Of a DNA stretch of 64,000 nt, positions 42,052 to 55,200 are shown one piece after another. The DNA lies in NCBI GenBank assembly GCA_951406725.2, contig OX597830.1:34038001-34102000 (forward strand). Direction: 5' to 3'. Position 1 is the first letter of the stretch. Every line of letters begins with the position of its first letter. A program made the position numbers and the translations under genes. The notes under the pieces are model-generated. The model made no database searches. It was given only the letters and a program-made list of their open reading frames with translations, and was not told the DNA's origin. Origin of the DNA: Octopus vulgaris. Lineage: Eukaryota.

Positions 42052-42795
42052 TATAGCTGTGTGTTTAAGAAGTTCACTTCATAATCATGTGGTCTCAGGT
42101 TCAGTCCCACATCACATTATCATGGGTTCAAGTATTTTTTTACAATGGCCCTGAGTTGAATAATGCTTTTTAAGTGAATTTGACAGACAAAAACTTTATA
42201 AGGAGACCTTCTTCTGTGTATGCATACGTGCATACATAAAAAAAGGATCCCCTTTGGTCATGAATGACCATGGGATTGCACCTACAAAGTTTGCCTCCAA
42301 GGAAAATCTGGGCAAGGTTGTTTTTGCAGAAGGCTAGCAATAGCCCATGCATACCAGCCTCCCGTCTCCATACCACCGATGTTATCCAAGGGAAAGGAAG
42401 AGGCTGATACAGCTTGGTACCTGTGACATCACAGCTGAGTGAACTGGAGCAATGTGAAATAAAGTGTCTTGCTCAAGAACACAACATACAGCCTAGTCCG
42501 AGAATCTGACATGCAACCCCATGATTGTGAGCCTGTCACTCTAACCACTGAGCTATGTGTATGTGTGTGTATGAGAGAGAAAAAGAGAGAGAGACTTTAT
42601 GGTAATGTTTCTCTCTCACCTGGTGTTGGTTTGCTTATGTCTCCATAACTTGGCAGTTTGGCAAAAACAGACAGTTTGAATAAATGTCGGACATAAAAAT
42701 AAGTCGTGTACTGGAGTTAATGTAACCGACTAAATCTTTCAAAGCTTTGCTCCAGTATGGCCACAAACAAATGAGTGAAACAAGTAAAAGAATAA
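42052..42795 (+). mobile_element. Old SINE-A with a nested SINE at 42243-42558
   Basis: Head 42052-42220; tail 42615-42795. Confidence 0.65.
42243..42558 (-). mobile_element. SINE: H2-like head plus CORE-like body plus tail T3
   Basis: tagctcagtggttagag..ttcttgagcaagacactttatttcacattgctccag..; T3 also at 27450-27505 and ~19530-19655. Confidence 0.75.
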
Positions 42796-45062
42796 AATAA
42801 AAAATAGAACATCTAACACTGTGTTATCCAAACATCTGACCGAGCATACAAAATGTTCGGTAGGGAGTCGACACCCGTAGCTAACAGTTGCAAGCTGTCC
42901 TTCTCTTCCAGATTATGAAAGCTTACTATAATGTTTAATCTAAATACAGTAAAACTTTAGGACTTCATTTTTTTATGGGCATATACGGGTTATATCAATT
43001 ATGCTTTGCTCCTGCACTGAGCACTCTTATTTAACAACTGGGTGTGTGTATGCTCGGATATACATAAACGTGTGTGCATATGTATGTGCACACACAGGCA
43101 TAGTTTCTAGCTGAGACCACCCACCATCTTTTTTAACATTTACCATACTTATAACCCCACATCGACATTCTAACCGACTAATCTAATCCCAAGCTCTTTT
43201 TGTTGTTAACTTAACACATCCCTTGTGTTGAAAATTGAGCCATTAATCACTCTGCCAGAAATAGCAGGCAAATTGTTCTCAAAATATATATTATGATCTG
43301 AAGACAAGTAATATTTGGTAATGAATTGCTAGATATACATCTGAATAATCACAGCTGGAAAGTCTTCAATGATAGTTCAGCTGAATGATGACTGCACTGG
43401 GAATAAATAGCAAAACTAGTGCCCTACTGCAATGAGTGATTAGAAATATGGATTGGTTTCAGTTGTCTGCAAAGTTACATACTTAACTTCACCTCACACC
43501 CACAGATATATGAATAAATAACTATATTTTAGTTAGGAATATAGATATACATGCATTTGGCTTTATATATAAACACACACACGTGTGTGTGTGTGTAGAG
43601 CAAACAAAATGCCTAATTCAGAATTTCATCCAAAGCTCAAAATTTGAAAATCAATAGTGAAACCGGTTGTTATGCTGGAAGAAAAAATCTTTTTCTGTGC
43701 AATATTACATAATACTTTTGCTATAATGATTCTAATATATTCTTTAGTCTTTTAAAAGAAACCTTGTGTTTTTCGTCTTATTTTTCCGTTTATGTGCGAA
43801 TATATACATATATATATGTGTGTGTGAATGCATGTGTGTATATATATATATATGTGTGTGTGTATATATATATATAAAATGTAAAGGGTCAAGCAATAAT
43901 TAGGAATAAATGAACTTTAGGTTAGTTGAAATACGTTTTGTGACATATATTAACTTGTAAAGGAAAATTCACCACAGTTACTGTGGAGAAAAAAATTTTC
44001 TTATGGTAAAAAGTGTAAAGGTACCGTATCTGCCCAGTGCTTTCCCCTATCGGATTCCCAGGTGTGTTTCTGGCTCTTTAGCCTTCCTCACAAATATGAT
44101 GTCTTTAGCTTAACAGTTCCTAATTAGCAGGGAATTATTGGTATAGCTGAAACTGAAGGGATTAGTAGAAGGGTTCCTATTAATTTCATTTAGCTTGTGA
44201 GTGCTAGAAACAGAAATCAGTTTTAAATTCAGTGTAGTTGAATAAGTGATTTTCATTGGGTTTTTGCTGAAAATTTTGTCATATTTGTGAAAGAAAGAAA
44301 ACGAGAAAGAGGAGAATATAGATATAGATATACGCATACTAGTTATAAAATCCACTTTCTGGGTGAGGACTACTGGACTTTCAGCCTAAAGTAAGATCAT
44401 AAAATTGAAGAACTTATGAAAAAAAAAAAGACATGCAATAATAATTTTTTGTATGGATAAATAAAATTTATCATATGATAATTTGTTTGCTCAAAATTTA
44501 TCCCAAATTACTGAGGCTTTAATACTTTTGATATTTCCTAATTTATCTAATCTGAAACTTTACTGGACCTTTTCTCATCTTTTGGCTAGAATTCACACTC
44601 TTCTGGCTCTTCCCATGTACAGCATTTTTTTCTTATTTCCAATCTTGTTTTGCTTTTTATTTTGGTAATAATATGTACAGCTTACAGAAGATTTGTTCAA
44701 TTTGTAAATTCTAATTTGACTTTTAAAATTGTTTAAAAAAATACTTTGTTTGCTCTTGTTATAAACCAAAAAAATTTTTCTTGCTGAATGGACTCAGTAT
44801 GAGGAAGTTTACATTCACTTTGTGTTCCTTGGATTTTTTTTCTAGGAGAAAAGGCTTTAGTGAATACAAAATTGCTACTCAGAAATATGTTATTCTAAAC
44901 CAATATGAAAGTGCTTAATTACTGCTGTATATGTAAAGGATAGTCTCAAAAATGTTAGTTATTCTCACTCTTTGTCATTCAGTTTCTGGAAAGATTAAAT
45001 ATAATATCATTTATGTAACTGCTTTGCAAGAGTCTTGATGTGAAGTCATATGTTGGAACAGA

Positions 45063-45357
45063 TATTGAAATATTTGGGGATGGTCATTTTGTCAATAAAC
45101 ACATATGTTATTTATTTGATTTTATCTTTATTATTATTAGTTTATTTGTCAGAGTTCTTTTACCACACATTCTGTGACCTCTTCTAAACTGGGCAAAACC
45201 AGAAAGAAGAAGAGACACAAAAAAACAGATAGTCATTGAAGAGGTCATAGAATGTGAAACAAAAGAACTCTAAATTAGTAATAATTATAAATCTAAAGTA
45301 CAGATCAAATAGTCTATGGGTTTATTGGAAAAATGACCATCTCCAAATACAACAATA
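45063..45357. repeat. Imperfect inverted repeat, ~120-bp arms, ~53-bp spacer
   Basis: tatttggggatggtcatttt..agagttctttt..cacattctgtgacctcttc versus gaagaggtcatagaatgtg..aaaagaactct..aaaatgaccatctccaaata. Confidence 0.7.
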
Positions 45358-46101
45358 ATAGCTAACGGTGTTATTGGCTGGTACAAGTTTTGAACAACCG
45401 ACTATTGGATTAGAAAAGCATAGACTTATTCCTGGAGTTACCTGATTTCAAATATTCATTGAAGTAGGTACCCCTGGTGGTGGTCATGGTGGCAGGAGGC
45501 TGAATTTATGAACCAGAAACCCATACAAGTACACACAAAAATTTGCTTTTACTAATATAGATATATAAAGTATGTATATAATTTTCATATGCGCAAATGT
45601 GTGTGTGTGTATGTTTACATATGTGTATGTACATATATATACACACACATACAGTTATGCACATATATATGTGTCCGTGTGTGTATGTATATATATAAAA
45701 CAAGAGACACATGTATGCCATATACATACATAAAAAACATCTAAATATGAGAAGGTTTACTTCTATTCAAATTATATTCTGTTTTTACTTCTTTCCTTTC
45801 TCATCCAGCAACCTTCCTATCTTTCCACTCATCTATGCCCCTGGTTTTTTTTAAGCCATCAATTTTCTTAAGCAATCAAAATCAAATGAAAGAAATATTT
45901 CTCTATCAAATATAATATTTCCAATTTTTCTGATTCTGTACTTACTTAAGAATTTTTAACTTTTGCACAATTTTATGATCCTTTATTATTTTTTTTTCCA
46001 TTTTATTATTTTTGCTTCCTTTTTGTTTCCATCGACCAAATTCTTAAGTCTTGACATAAATGTATCAAGTTTGTAACATACATATATGAGTGTGTGAGTG
46101 T

Positions 46102-46155
<54 letters not shown>

Positions 46156-46730
46156 GTGTATGTGTGTGTGTGTGTGTGTGCTTATATATTTTTTTCATTT
46201 GCTCCAGTTTTTTTCTTAAAAACTTTTTCTGCATAAAGTTTATTAACTGGTTAGTTTGGACAGTTGACACATCTCAGTAATGATGTCTTTTTCGTATTTC
46301 TGCCAAGAAAATCTTTGAGCACGTTGTTGATGTTGTTGTTGTTATAGTTCCTGCTGTTGTTGTTATTTATTTGAAAATCTTTTGTTTCATCCTTTTCCAT
46401 TTAATATGTCAACAACCATCAGTACAACTGCATTCATTCCATACTAGGCCAAATTAATGTGGCTGCTAAAGTGCTAATGGCTTGGCTCAGTCTGATGATA
46501 GAAAACTTCACTGTTACAGACAAGGAAAGAAACTCAGTTCTAACCATAAAGATCTTGTTTCACTTTCACTTTCACCTGAAGAAAAGATTGAAAAGGAACT
46601 GAAAATTTATTATTACACATATAGCATTAGTAAATCTATAAGAGCAGCAGCAGCTGCAACAACAGCAGCAGCAATAATAATAATGATGTTGATGATAATA
46701 ATAATCATAATGATAATAATAGAAATTAAT

Positions 46731-47348
46731 AAGTGCAGACTGTGGACAAAATGGTGAAACCGTATGGCATATTACCAGCCAATGTACACCACTAGCCCAA
46801 AAGGAATATAAGAGATGCAACGACAATGTAGCAAGGCTTGTCCATTGAACACTTTGCAACAAGTATGGACTTGACAAAGCAAAAAATTGGTACGACCACA
46901 ACCCTGAAGGCATCATTGAAAAATTAATGCATATATCCTATGGAATTTTATGATTCAGTGCAAACATGAGATAGAGAATAGGAAGCCAAACATAGTCTTA
47001 ATTGAGAATGAAAGCAAACTATGCTGGATCATAAACATAGCATGCCCAACTGACAACAAGTTATGGGATAAGGAAGAAAGGAAAGTCGATAAATGTGACA
47101 GGTTAGCTTGGGAGGTTAAGCAGTTGTCATCAATGAAAAAGGTGGTAGTAGTACCAATAATTGTCAGAGTCCTGGGAACAGTGAGTAAAAATCTTTAGAA
47201 GTACATGGAACAATATGGGCTGCAATAAGGGTGCTTGGAACCGCTCTGGAAGGTGTTCAAAAAATAAGAGGTGTTACCTTAGTTCACTGGTAGTGAACAG
47301 CTGACACCATAGTACATCTCCAGCATTAGAAGTTGTGCAAAAGCAATG
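46731..47348 (+). mobile_element. Dong/R4-clade non-LTR retrotransposon 3' fragment (CCHC finger plus restriction-like endonuclease), decayed
   Basis: KCR.CGQNGETVWHITSQC...WYDHNPE...ILWNFMIQCKHEIENRKPNIVLI...IINIACP...VVVVPIIVRVLG, with stops and frameshifts; flanked by (AAT)n. Confidence 0.85.
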
Positions 47349-47411
47349 ATAATAATAATAATAATGATGATAATAATAATAATAATAATAATGATAATAA
47401 TAATAATAATT

Positions 47412-47885
47412 GTCTTGGTATAAAAGATGGGCTACAGCAAATATTCTGCTCAATACCATAGAAATGCTTGTCAGTTGTTTGACCTTAACCAGTTGAGAAT
47501 GTCCCTTAGTGGCTGACGATATGTGCATCTCTGATCACGAGCAGAAGTAGTGGGGGAGCATCATAGCCATATGTTGAGAGGGATTCTTTGGGGTTTGAAT
47601 AATTCACCCCTGGAAACATGGGTGGTTCTTTCAACATCCTTAAACAACCCTTATTCAGGGACCTTTTGAGCGGGATGGGCTACTCAACCTGAAGAAAATT
47701 CTAACTGGGCCCCACCTGCAAGGTAATGTGCTGTTAATCTGATATGAGATCACCATGCCGCGCACATATGGTTGTGATGCATGTGCCTGGTGTACCCTTA
47801 TCAGATGGGTAGTCATGATGGGTATATTGGGCTTCTTATATTTTACCCCAGTGTCACTTTGATAGCATGAACTGCTCTCTCACTC

Positions 47886-47887
<2 letters not shown>
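47412..47887 (+). mobile_element. Non-coding (TAA)n-inserted element, 5'-truncated copy
   Basis: Highly similar to the reverse complement of 59233-59707; (AAT)n on both sides. Confidence 0.8.
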
Positions 47888-47917
<30 letters not shown>

Positions 47918-47918
<1 letters not shown>

Positions 47919-48352
47919 TCTTTCTACTGAAGGCACAAGGCTTGAAATTTTTGGGGAGGGGTTCAGTTGATTACATCAACACCAGTGTTCAACTGATACT
48001 TATTTTATCAACCCCCAAAAGGATGAAAAGCAAAGCCAACCTCAGTGGAATTTGAACGCAGAATGTAAAGACAGACGAAATGCCACAAAAGATTTTTCCC
48101 AATGTGCTAATGATTCTGCCAACCCCATCACTTTGATGATAATAATAATGGTTTCAAATTTTGGCACAAGGCCAGCAATTTCAGGGGAGAGGCTCAATCA
48201 ATTAGAATGGCTCCGGTGCTCATATGGTACTTATTTTATCGACACTGAAAGGAGGAAAGGTAAAGTCAGCCTCAACAGAATTTGAACTGAGAAGGTGAAG
48301 ATAGACTTAATGCTGCTAAACATTTTGTCTGGCATGATAATGGTTTTGCCTT
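47918..48352 (-). mobile_element. Two tandem SINE-B copies
   Basis: ggatgaaaagcaaagccaacctcagtggaatttgaac and ggaggaaaggtaaagtcagcctcaacagaatttgaac. Confidence 0.8.
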
Positions 48353-48717
48353 ATTTCTGACATATTTTATTGATCGTGGTGCCCAATAAAAAGAAATTGA
48401 GAACTGTACAAAGATAAAAAAAATAAAGACAACAATAAATAACTGAAATGGTTAGTGAGTGGATGTATGTCGAGTAAAAGGGTGTGATCATTTGCCAATC
48501 GCTATATAGGCACAAATGCAATTCTTTCCCAAATAAATAGCACTTCATATTTGAGGCTCTGATGGAGCTATAAAGTGCTATTCAGACACTCAACTGTGAG
48601 TTCACTGCGTCTTATAGCAGAAACAGCTGTAAGCTAATGAAGTTCATAACATAATCGCTTATTCCTTTGCAGCCCACCCCTACCTTTGGGCTGGCTTGTG
48701 CCCATTCTCCCTTGCTA

Positions 48718-48905
48718 TCATGAAGCCTTTTTGGAGCTGGATTTTCTACAGGGAGCATGCCCTTGCTCACCCCCAACCTCAGTTTCTAGACATGAGTGGC
48801 CCTGAGACCAACGCATCTATCATGATTTTTAAGAAATGTGGTGGCAAACTAGCTCAAGAAAAGCAGGGATACTACTCCCTGAGACCCCTTTCGGAGCACC
48901 CCCAC
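48718..48905 (+). repeat. Unclassified interspersed repeat G, copy 2
   Basis: agctggattttcta..gggagcatgcc..ccccaacctcagtttctagacatg..aagaaatgtggtgg.aaactagctc. Confidence 0.8.
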
Positions 48906-49551
48906 TACCTTTTTACCGATTCTGCCAAAATGATTCCATCATGCTTTATAAAGAAATTCTAAAATCTAATAAGCTTTTGTTTAGAGATGGATGGGGTAGG
49001 GTGAGGTGGGTTTAAAAATAAACCTTTTTTCTTCTTTTTTGCTTTTTTAAGTAAATAGTAACATACAGAAATATGCAAATATACATGTGCACACACATAC
49101 ATTCACACACATTTATGCACACAAAAGAAACTTTTATTTTTGTTGCGTAGACACCAAGTAGGATTTTGTTTAATCAGATTTACACTCTCTGTTTGGCTGT
49201 TTGTTTGTTTTTTTTACATATGTGCAGTGTTAGTTTGTTTTCTGCATAGATTCACATGGTAGTTTGTATGTGTTGAAGTGAATTTGACCTTGAGCATACA
49301 TTACACACACACACACTCATATATGAATGTATGTATGTGTGTGTGTGTATATGCATATATATATATATATATAAATATATATAAATATATAAATATAAAT
49401 ATATATATATAAATATATATATATAAATATATATATAAATATATAAATATATATATATACACATGCATATGAGTGTGTGTGTATAGATAGATTTATATGT
49501 TTATATCTACATATCCCTATATGTTTATATGTGTGTGTATACATACATTCC

Positions 49552-49603
<52 letters not shown>

Positions 49604-49665
49604 GTCTTTATACACATCTGTGCAGTGTGTGTGTGAGCATACATACATATATATATATGTGTATG

Positions 49666-49731
<66 letters not shown>

Positions 49732-50272
49732 TGATCATGCACACACTGTACACATGTGTATAAAGACTAAAAATAATGCAATGCAAATCTGAGATATATG
49801 TTCTCCAGATTTCAAGCAATAATAGAAATTAATCAATCTATCTCATATACAAAATAAAAATTATTGAAAATGAATTGAATGTTACCAAGATTATCTTAGA
49901 AGCTTGACTTTTTAGTAAACACAGTGAATCTTAATATAAGAATATAGAGACTACGTCTGTCCCCAAGATCTTTCTCTTTGTTGCCAGAAAGATATATTCA
50001 TCTGAATATTTTCTATGTCTTTAATAAAATCTCAACAAAAAGTGGTCACACATTCCCGTCTATGGAGAGAAAATAGATACTTAACTGACTTGTCCAATTT
50101 GCATAACAGTGCAAACAATGGCAATATGAATGAACAGATTGAGAAATGTATCATACAAGCAATGTAAGGTGTACTTATTAACATGTTTTTTAAGAATAAT
50201 TTGTATACACTGACATCCATTTATTACTTTGTGTTTGCGTGTGTGTGTGTGCATATACACACACAATTATAA

Positions 50273-50500
50273 GGCGGCAAGCTGGCAGAACTGTTAGCAC
50301 ACCAGGCGAAATGCGTAGCTGTATTTCGTCTGCCATTACGTTCTGAGTTCAAATCCCGCCGAGGTTGACTTTGCTTTCATCCTTTCGGGGCCGATAAATT
50401 AAGTACCAGTCATGCACTGGGGTCGATGTAATCAACGTAATTCGCTTGTCTGTCCTTGTTTGTCCCCTCTATGTTTAGCTCCTTGTGGGTAATAAAGAAA
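50273..50500 (+). mobile_element. SINE-B (Tx1-like tail), young, with TSD
   Basis: TSD acacaattataa at 50261-50272 and 50508-50519. Confidence 0.9.
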
Positions 50501-50735
50501 CATATATACACAATTATAAAACAAGGGCAAAAGAAAAAAATGCTATGCCAATATGCTGAGAATAGACTTTAAGTTATCAATCACCACATTACAATATACA
50601 ATCACCATGAATACACGTCATGCTGAAATTGAGGAAGGCAAGCTAACAGAATTTAAAAAAAAATTTGTTATCTCCATATTGAATCAATTTCGGGATTAAA
50701 GCCCACAGATTTTTCCCTCTTCAGCAGAGAATAAT

Positions 50736-50795
50736 CTCATCAGGTGTCTTGGAGAAATTTTGAACCTGGGTTCTCATTCCTGAGGTATTTTTCGA

Positions 50796-50839
<44 letters not shown>

Positions 50840-50951
50840 TCACTGCCTTCAGGTCAAACTCAGAATCTTCAGGTTAGTAGCCGTATATGGTGTAGTGGTT
50901 AAGAGCATGGGCTACTAACCCCAAGATTCCAAGTTAGATTCCAGGCAGTGA

Positions 50952-50987
<36 letters not shown>

Positions 50988-51510
50988 TAATAATAATATT
51001 CTTTTACTTGTTTCAGTCATTTGATTGCAGCCATGTTGGAGCATCACATTTAGTTGAGCAAATCGATGCCAGGACTTATTCTTTGTAAGCCTAGTTCTTA
51101 TCTATTGGTCTCTCTTGCTGAACCGCTAAGTTCAGCATCGGTTGTCAAGCGATGTTGGAGGACAAACACAGACACACAAATACACATACATATATATATA
51201 TACACACATATACATATATATGACACAATTATTTCAGTTTCTGTCGACCAAATCCTCTCAGAAGGCTTTGGTCGGCCCGAGGCTATAGTAGAAGACAAAT
51301 GCACAAGGTGCCACACAGTGGAGCTGAACCCAGAACCATGTGGTTGGTAAGCAAGCTACTTACCACACAGCTACACCTTTAGGAATGAGAACCCAGGTTC
51401 GAAATTTTCCCCAAGACACCTGATGCTGGCTGGAGGGTATATCAGCTGAAATGTGTTAACAACAAACAAGACGAGGACAAACATCTGTCAAATGTAAATA
51501 ATGTAAATAA
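50736..51510 (+). mobile_element. tRNA-headed element with HHR-like tail, preceded by an inverted partial copy and interrupted by a SINE-A insertion
   Basis: A box tggtgtagtgg 50888-50898, anticodon-like arm gggctactaaccc 50909-50921, B-box-like aagttagattcc 50931-50942, then (AAT)n. After the SINE: gacac-ctgatgc-t-ggctg..cagct-gaaat-gtgtt at 51415-51457. 50736-50882 is the reverse complement of the same unit. Confidence 0.65.
51001..51377 (-). mobile_element. SINE-A inserted into the tRNA/HHR-like element
   Basis: Near-full SINE-A homology; host sequence resumes at ~51378. Confidence 0.88.
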
Positions 51511-51581
51511 GTCACTTAGTGACCTCACTGAGGTCACCAAGTATATGTATGTAATATATATATTATATGTATATAAAAAAA

Positions 51582-51906
51582 GGAGCACTCCGTCAGTTAC
51601 AGTAGTGAGGGTCCCAGCTGATACGATCAACGGAACAGCTTGCTCATGAAATTAATGTGCATGCGGCTGAGCACTCCACAGAGATATGGACCCTTAACGT
51701 ATTTCTCAGGGAGATTTCGGGTGACACAGAGTGTGACAAGGCTGGCCCCTTGAAATTCATGTACTGCTAATTTTTGCCAGGTGAGAGGACTGGAGGAGTG
51801 TGAAATAAATTGTCTTGCGCAAGGACACAATGCGTCACTGGGAATTGAACTCACGACCTTACAATCGTGATCTGAATGCTCTAGCCATTAAGCCACACAC
51901 CTTCAC
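51582..51906 (-). mobile_element. SINE: tRNA head H2 plus CORE-like body plus tail T1
   Basis: Tail shared with 36010-36190, different head (gtggcttaatgg..gagttcaattccc). Confidence 0.8.
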
Positions 51907-51909
51907 ATA

Positions 51910-52174
51910 CACATTGCTGGTGACAATGTGCTTTGCATTGTTTTAGTCTTCAAATGATGCCACCCCACTGGCTAAGCAAGCAGGCCAACAGAAGAAAGGG
52001 TGAGAGAAAGTTGCAGTGAAGAAGTACAGCAGGGATCACCACCACCCCCGCTGGAGCCTCGTGGAACTTTAGGGGTTTTCGCTGAATAAACACACACATC
52101 TCTCGGTCTGCGAGTCAAAACTGTGATCCTATGATCGCGAGTCCGCTGCCCTAACCACTGGGCCATTGTGTCTC

Positions 52175-52177
<3 letters not shown>
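51910..52177 (-). mobile_element. SINE: head H1 plus a different tail T2
   Basis: First ~180 nt match 35806-35990, then the sequence diverges. Confidence 0.8.
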
Positions 52178-52214
<37 letters not shown>

Positions 52215-52879
52215 TAGATAGATTGATACACACACACAGATACACATACACACCCACTTGTAACAAATTATCAGTTTAATGTCTTTTTCTTTTCTCCTCT
52301 TCTCCGCTTCTTTCCCATTTTACCTTCTATAAATACAACTTTGTCCAGCATTGTCTTTGCCAGCTATAACAGTCACTGTTGCCACTATTTTTACTGTTAC
52401 TATTTTATTATTTTTTTTTTTGCAATGCTGTTTATATTATTTTTTTCTCTTGTGTCTCTCGACAAAGACAACAACAACAACAACAACGATGATGACGATG
52501 ATGATGATGATGATGTAGCTTTTGATTCTGTTGTTGCCTAAAAGTAACCCAGGGCTATGTTTAAACTCCACAAAAGTATAGAGCTGTCAAGAACCCACCA
52601 AATGCATAGCAATTTTGTTATTCTTTTCTTGTTTTTATTGCCAACAATTTACTGTGACAGTTCTTATGTAATGGCTTTTCTCATTCTTTTAGTCCTCTCC
52701 CCGCCCCCGCCAATACACCCACCCACCCACCCACCCACACACATCCATTCTCCTTCTCTGTCCCTCACTCTTTCATTCTTTCTATCAGGCTCTTTCTCTC
52801 GGGCCTCTCACACACTCTCTCTCTCTCTCTGAATACCTGGGTAAAATGAATAATGTTTCTTTGTGCTCCAGTCCACTCA

Positions 52880-52919
<40 letters not shown>

Positions 52920-53228
52920 CACAAGCACACACACACATACACACACACACACTCATGGAGAAAATTGTATCCAATTTTATTTCCAGGAAAACAAATATTT
53001 AGAATGCATAACACTGCCACACAGGTAATTTTGGCAAACATTATGCACCCACACAAATATCTATACATACACAGGTACCTGTCAACCTATCTATCTCTTT
53101 CTCTCTAGTGTGTGTATGTGCCTCTACCTGTGTACCTACTGATGTATCTATCTATCTATCTATCTATCTATATATATATATATATATATGCATACACACA
53201 CATATATTTGCATATACATAAATACATA

Positions 53229-53343
<115 letters not shown>

Positions 53344-53731
53344 GATATATATATATGCATATAATATGTTATAGATACATAGTCCTACTAAATAAAACAC
53401 TAGCATTCTGTTATGCAATTACAGATTTTTATGCAGCAAATTGTTGTTTTTGTGTCCAGTTTTACAATTTAGTACAGAATAGACATACTACTGAGGCATT
53501 GTTTTATAGCAGGATGCTCTTCCTGTCACAAACGCTTCCCAGTATTTTATCAGTAAAGGATCTCTTATTCTAGAGAGCCTCAAAGGAACTAAGTGAGCAG
53601 ACAGTTTATTAAGAGAACTACAATATCACTGCTTGGATGGTTCAGAGAATTTCTGAGAAGTGCTAATATGAATGCACAGACATGCTTGCATGCACGCACA
53701 CACACACACACACACACCTGAATATATGTAT

Positions 53732-53872
53732 ACTCTTTTACTTGTTTCTGTCATTCAACTGCAGACATGCTGGAGCACCGCATTAAGTCGAAGCAAATCG
53801 ATCCCAGGACTTATTCTTTGTAACCCTAGTACTTATTTTATCAGTATTTATTCTATCTTGTGCTGAACCGCT
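53732..53872 (-). mobile_element. SINE-A 3' fragment
   Basis: cttttacttgtttc..catgctggagcaccgc..gaaccgcta. Confidence 0.75.
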
Positions 53873-53876
53873 ATAA

Positions 53877-53937
<61 letters not shown>

Positions 53938-53942
<5 letters not shown>

Positions 53943-54090
53943 CAAGGTGGAAAAAAAGAGTACTCAAATACCAGAGGTAGAGTAATATGCTTTATTTAAA
54001 AGCAGCAGAAATATAACAAAACTGTCTGATGAACGGGAATGTGAAACTCCAAATAACAGCTTTTGTTATATTTCTGCTGCTTTTAAATAA
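53938..54090 (+). mobile_element. (TA)n-embedded inverted element with HHR in the hairpin loop
   Basis: Perfect 30-bp inverted repeat 53992-54021/54061-54090 enclosing ctgt-CTGATGA-acg(ggaa)tgt-GAAAC-tcca-a-ATA-acag. Confidence 0.7.
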
Positions 54091-54699
54091 TATATATATA
54101 TATATACACACATATATATATATATATATATGTATCTATGTATGTATGTGTGTGTGTATGTCTTTGTAACTACTATCAGTTGTCAACTTCTGTTGGTTTG
54201 TTTACAACCCTGTAGCTTAGACTGACAGCATTTGTGCCAGATTAAAAAAAAAGTGCTGTAGTAATTTTGTTCAACAAAACCCTAAAAGGCAGTGCCCTAT
54301 TATGACCCCAATCCAATGCCTGAAACAAGTAGATGCTAAGACTAACACCAAAACTACCCAGCCCATAGCCGTTTTATTATTCATGTTTTTACTTATTTTA
54401 TTATATATTATTATAGTTTTTGGGATTCTTTTGTACTTGAACTCTTGTTTTAATTGAAATAAGGTTTTCTCATTTTTGCCATAGTTTGGAAAGTTTGGCA
54501 TCAAGCAATTTCTTGAATAATAGACAATACTGATGGAATATGGTAGCTTCAGATTCACTGTTGGCTCTATTGCCAACTATTTCGTTCTGTCTGAGATATA
54601 ATAGCCAGTGTTAATAGCAATAATGAGCGACAATGAAGCTCATTAATTCCATTGTCGCTAAATTATGATTTTTCATTTTGTAAAATAAAAGAAACCTTC

Positions 54700-55200
54700 A
54701 CAGTGGCAGCAGCACTAATAAAAGCAAGAAGGAAGTAGCAGCAGCAGCAGCAAACAACAACAATAATAAAGACAATAGTAATGCAATGATGAAACAAATT
54801 ACAACAACAAGGAAACATCAGTAGCAGTAGTAGCAATAATAACAACAAACAGGGACACAGGAAACAAGCAACAACAACAATAACAGATGAAAACACCTGA
54901 TAAATGTAGCAACAACAACAACAACAGCAAGAATAACTATAATGATTGCAGTAAGATCCAGTGTTGCAGTGAGGAACATGTAACAACAACAACAACAACA
55001 GCAAATGAAAGTGAAAGTACAAAAATAGGATTGGTGAAACAACTACAATGCCAACAAGGTCCAATGATGTGGTTAGGAAACAGGCTACACAACAACAAAA
55101 GCAAATGAAACAACAACAATAACAACAACAACAACAACAACTACCGCCATTATAAAGCTCCATGCAGCAGCATGAAACAAAAACAAAAAAAAAACAAGGA
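54700..55200. repeat. (CAA/CAG)n degenerate tract
   Basis: Direct observation. Confidence 0.85.

Noticed and set aside
50888-50955. Genuine tRNA gene
   Set aside because: No acceptor stem and a damaged T arm; this is a SINE-type head, as are those at 24150 and 35806.
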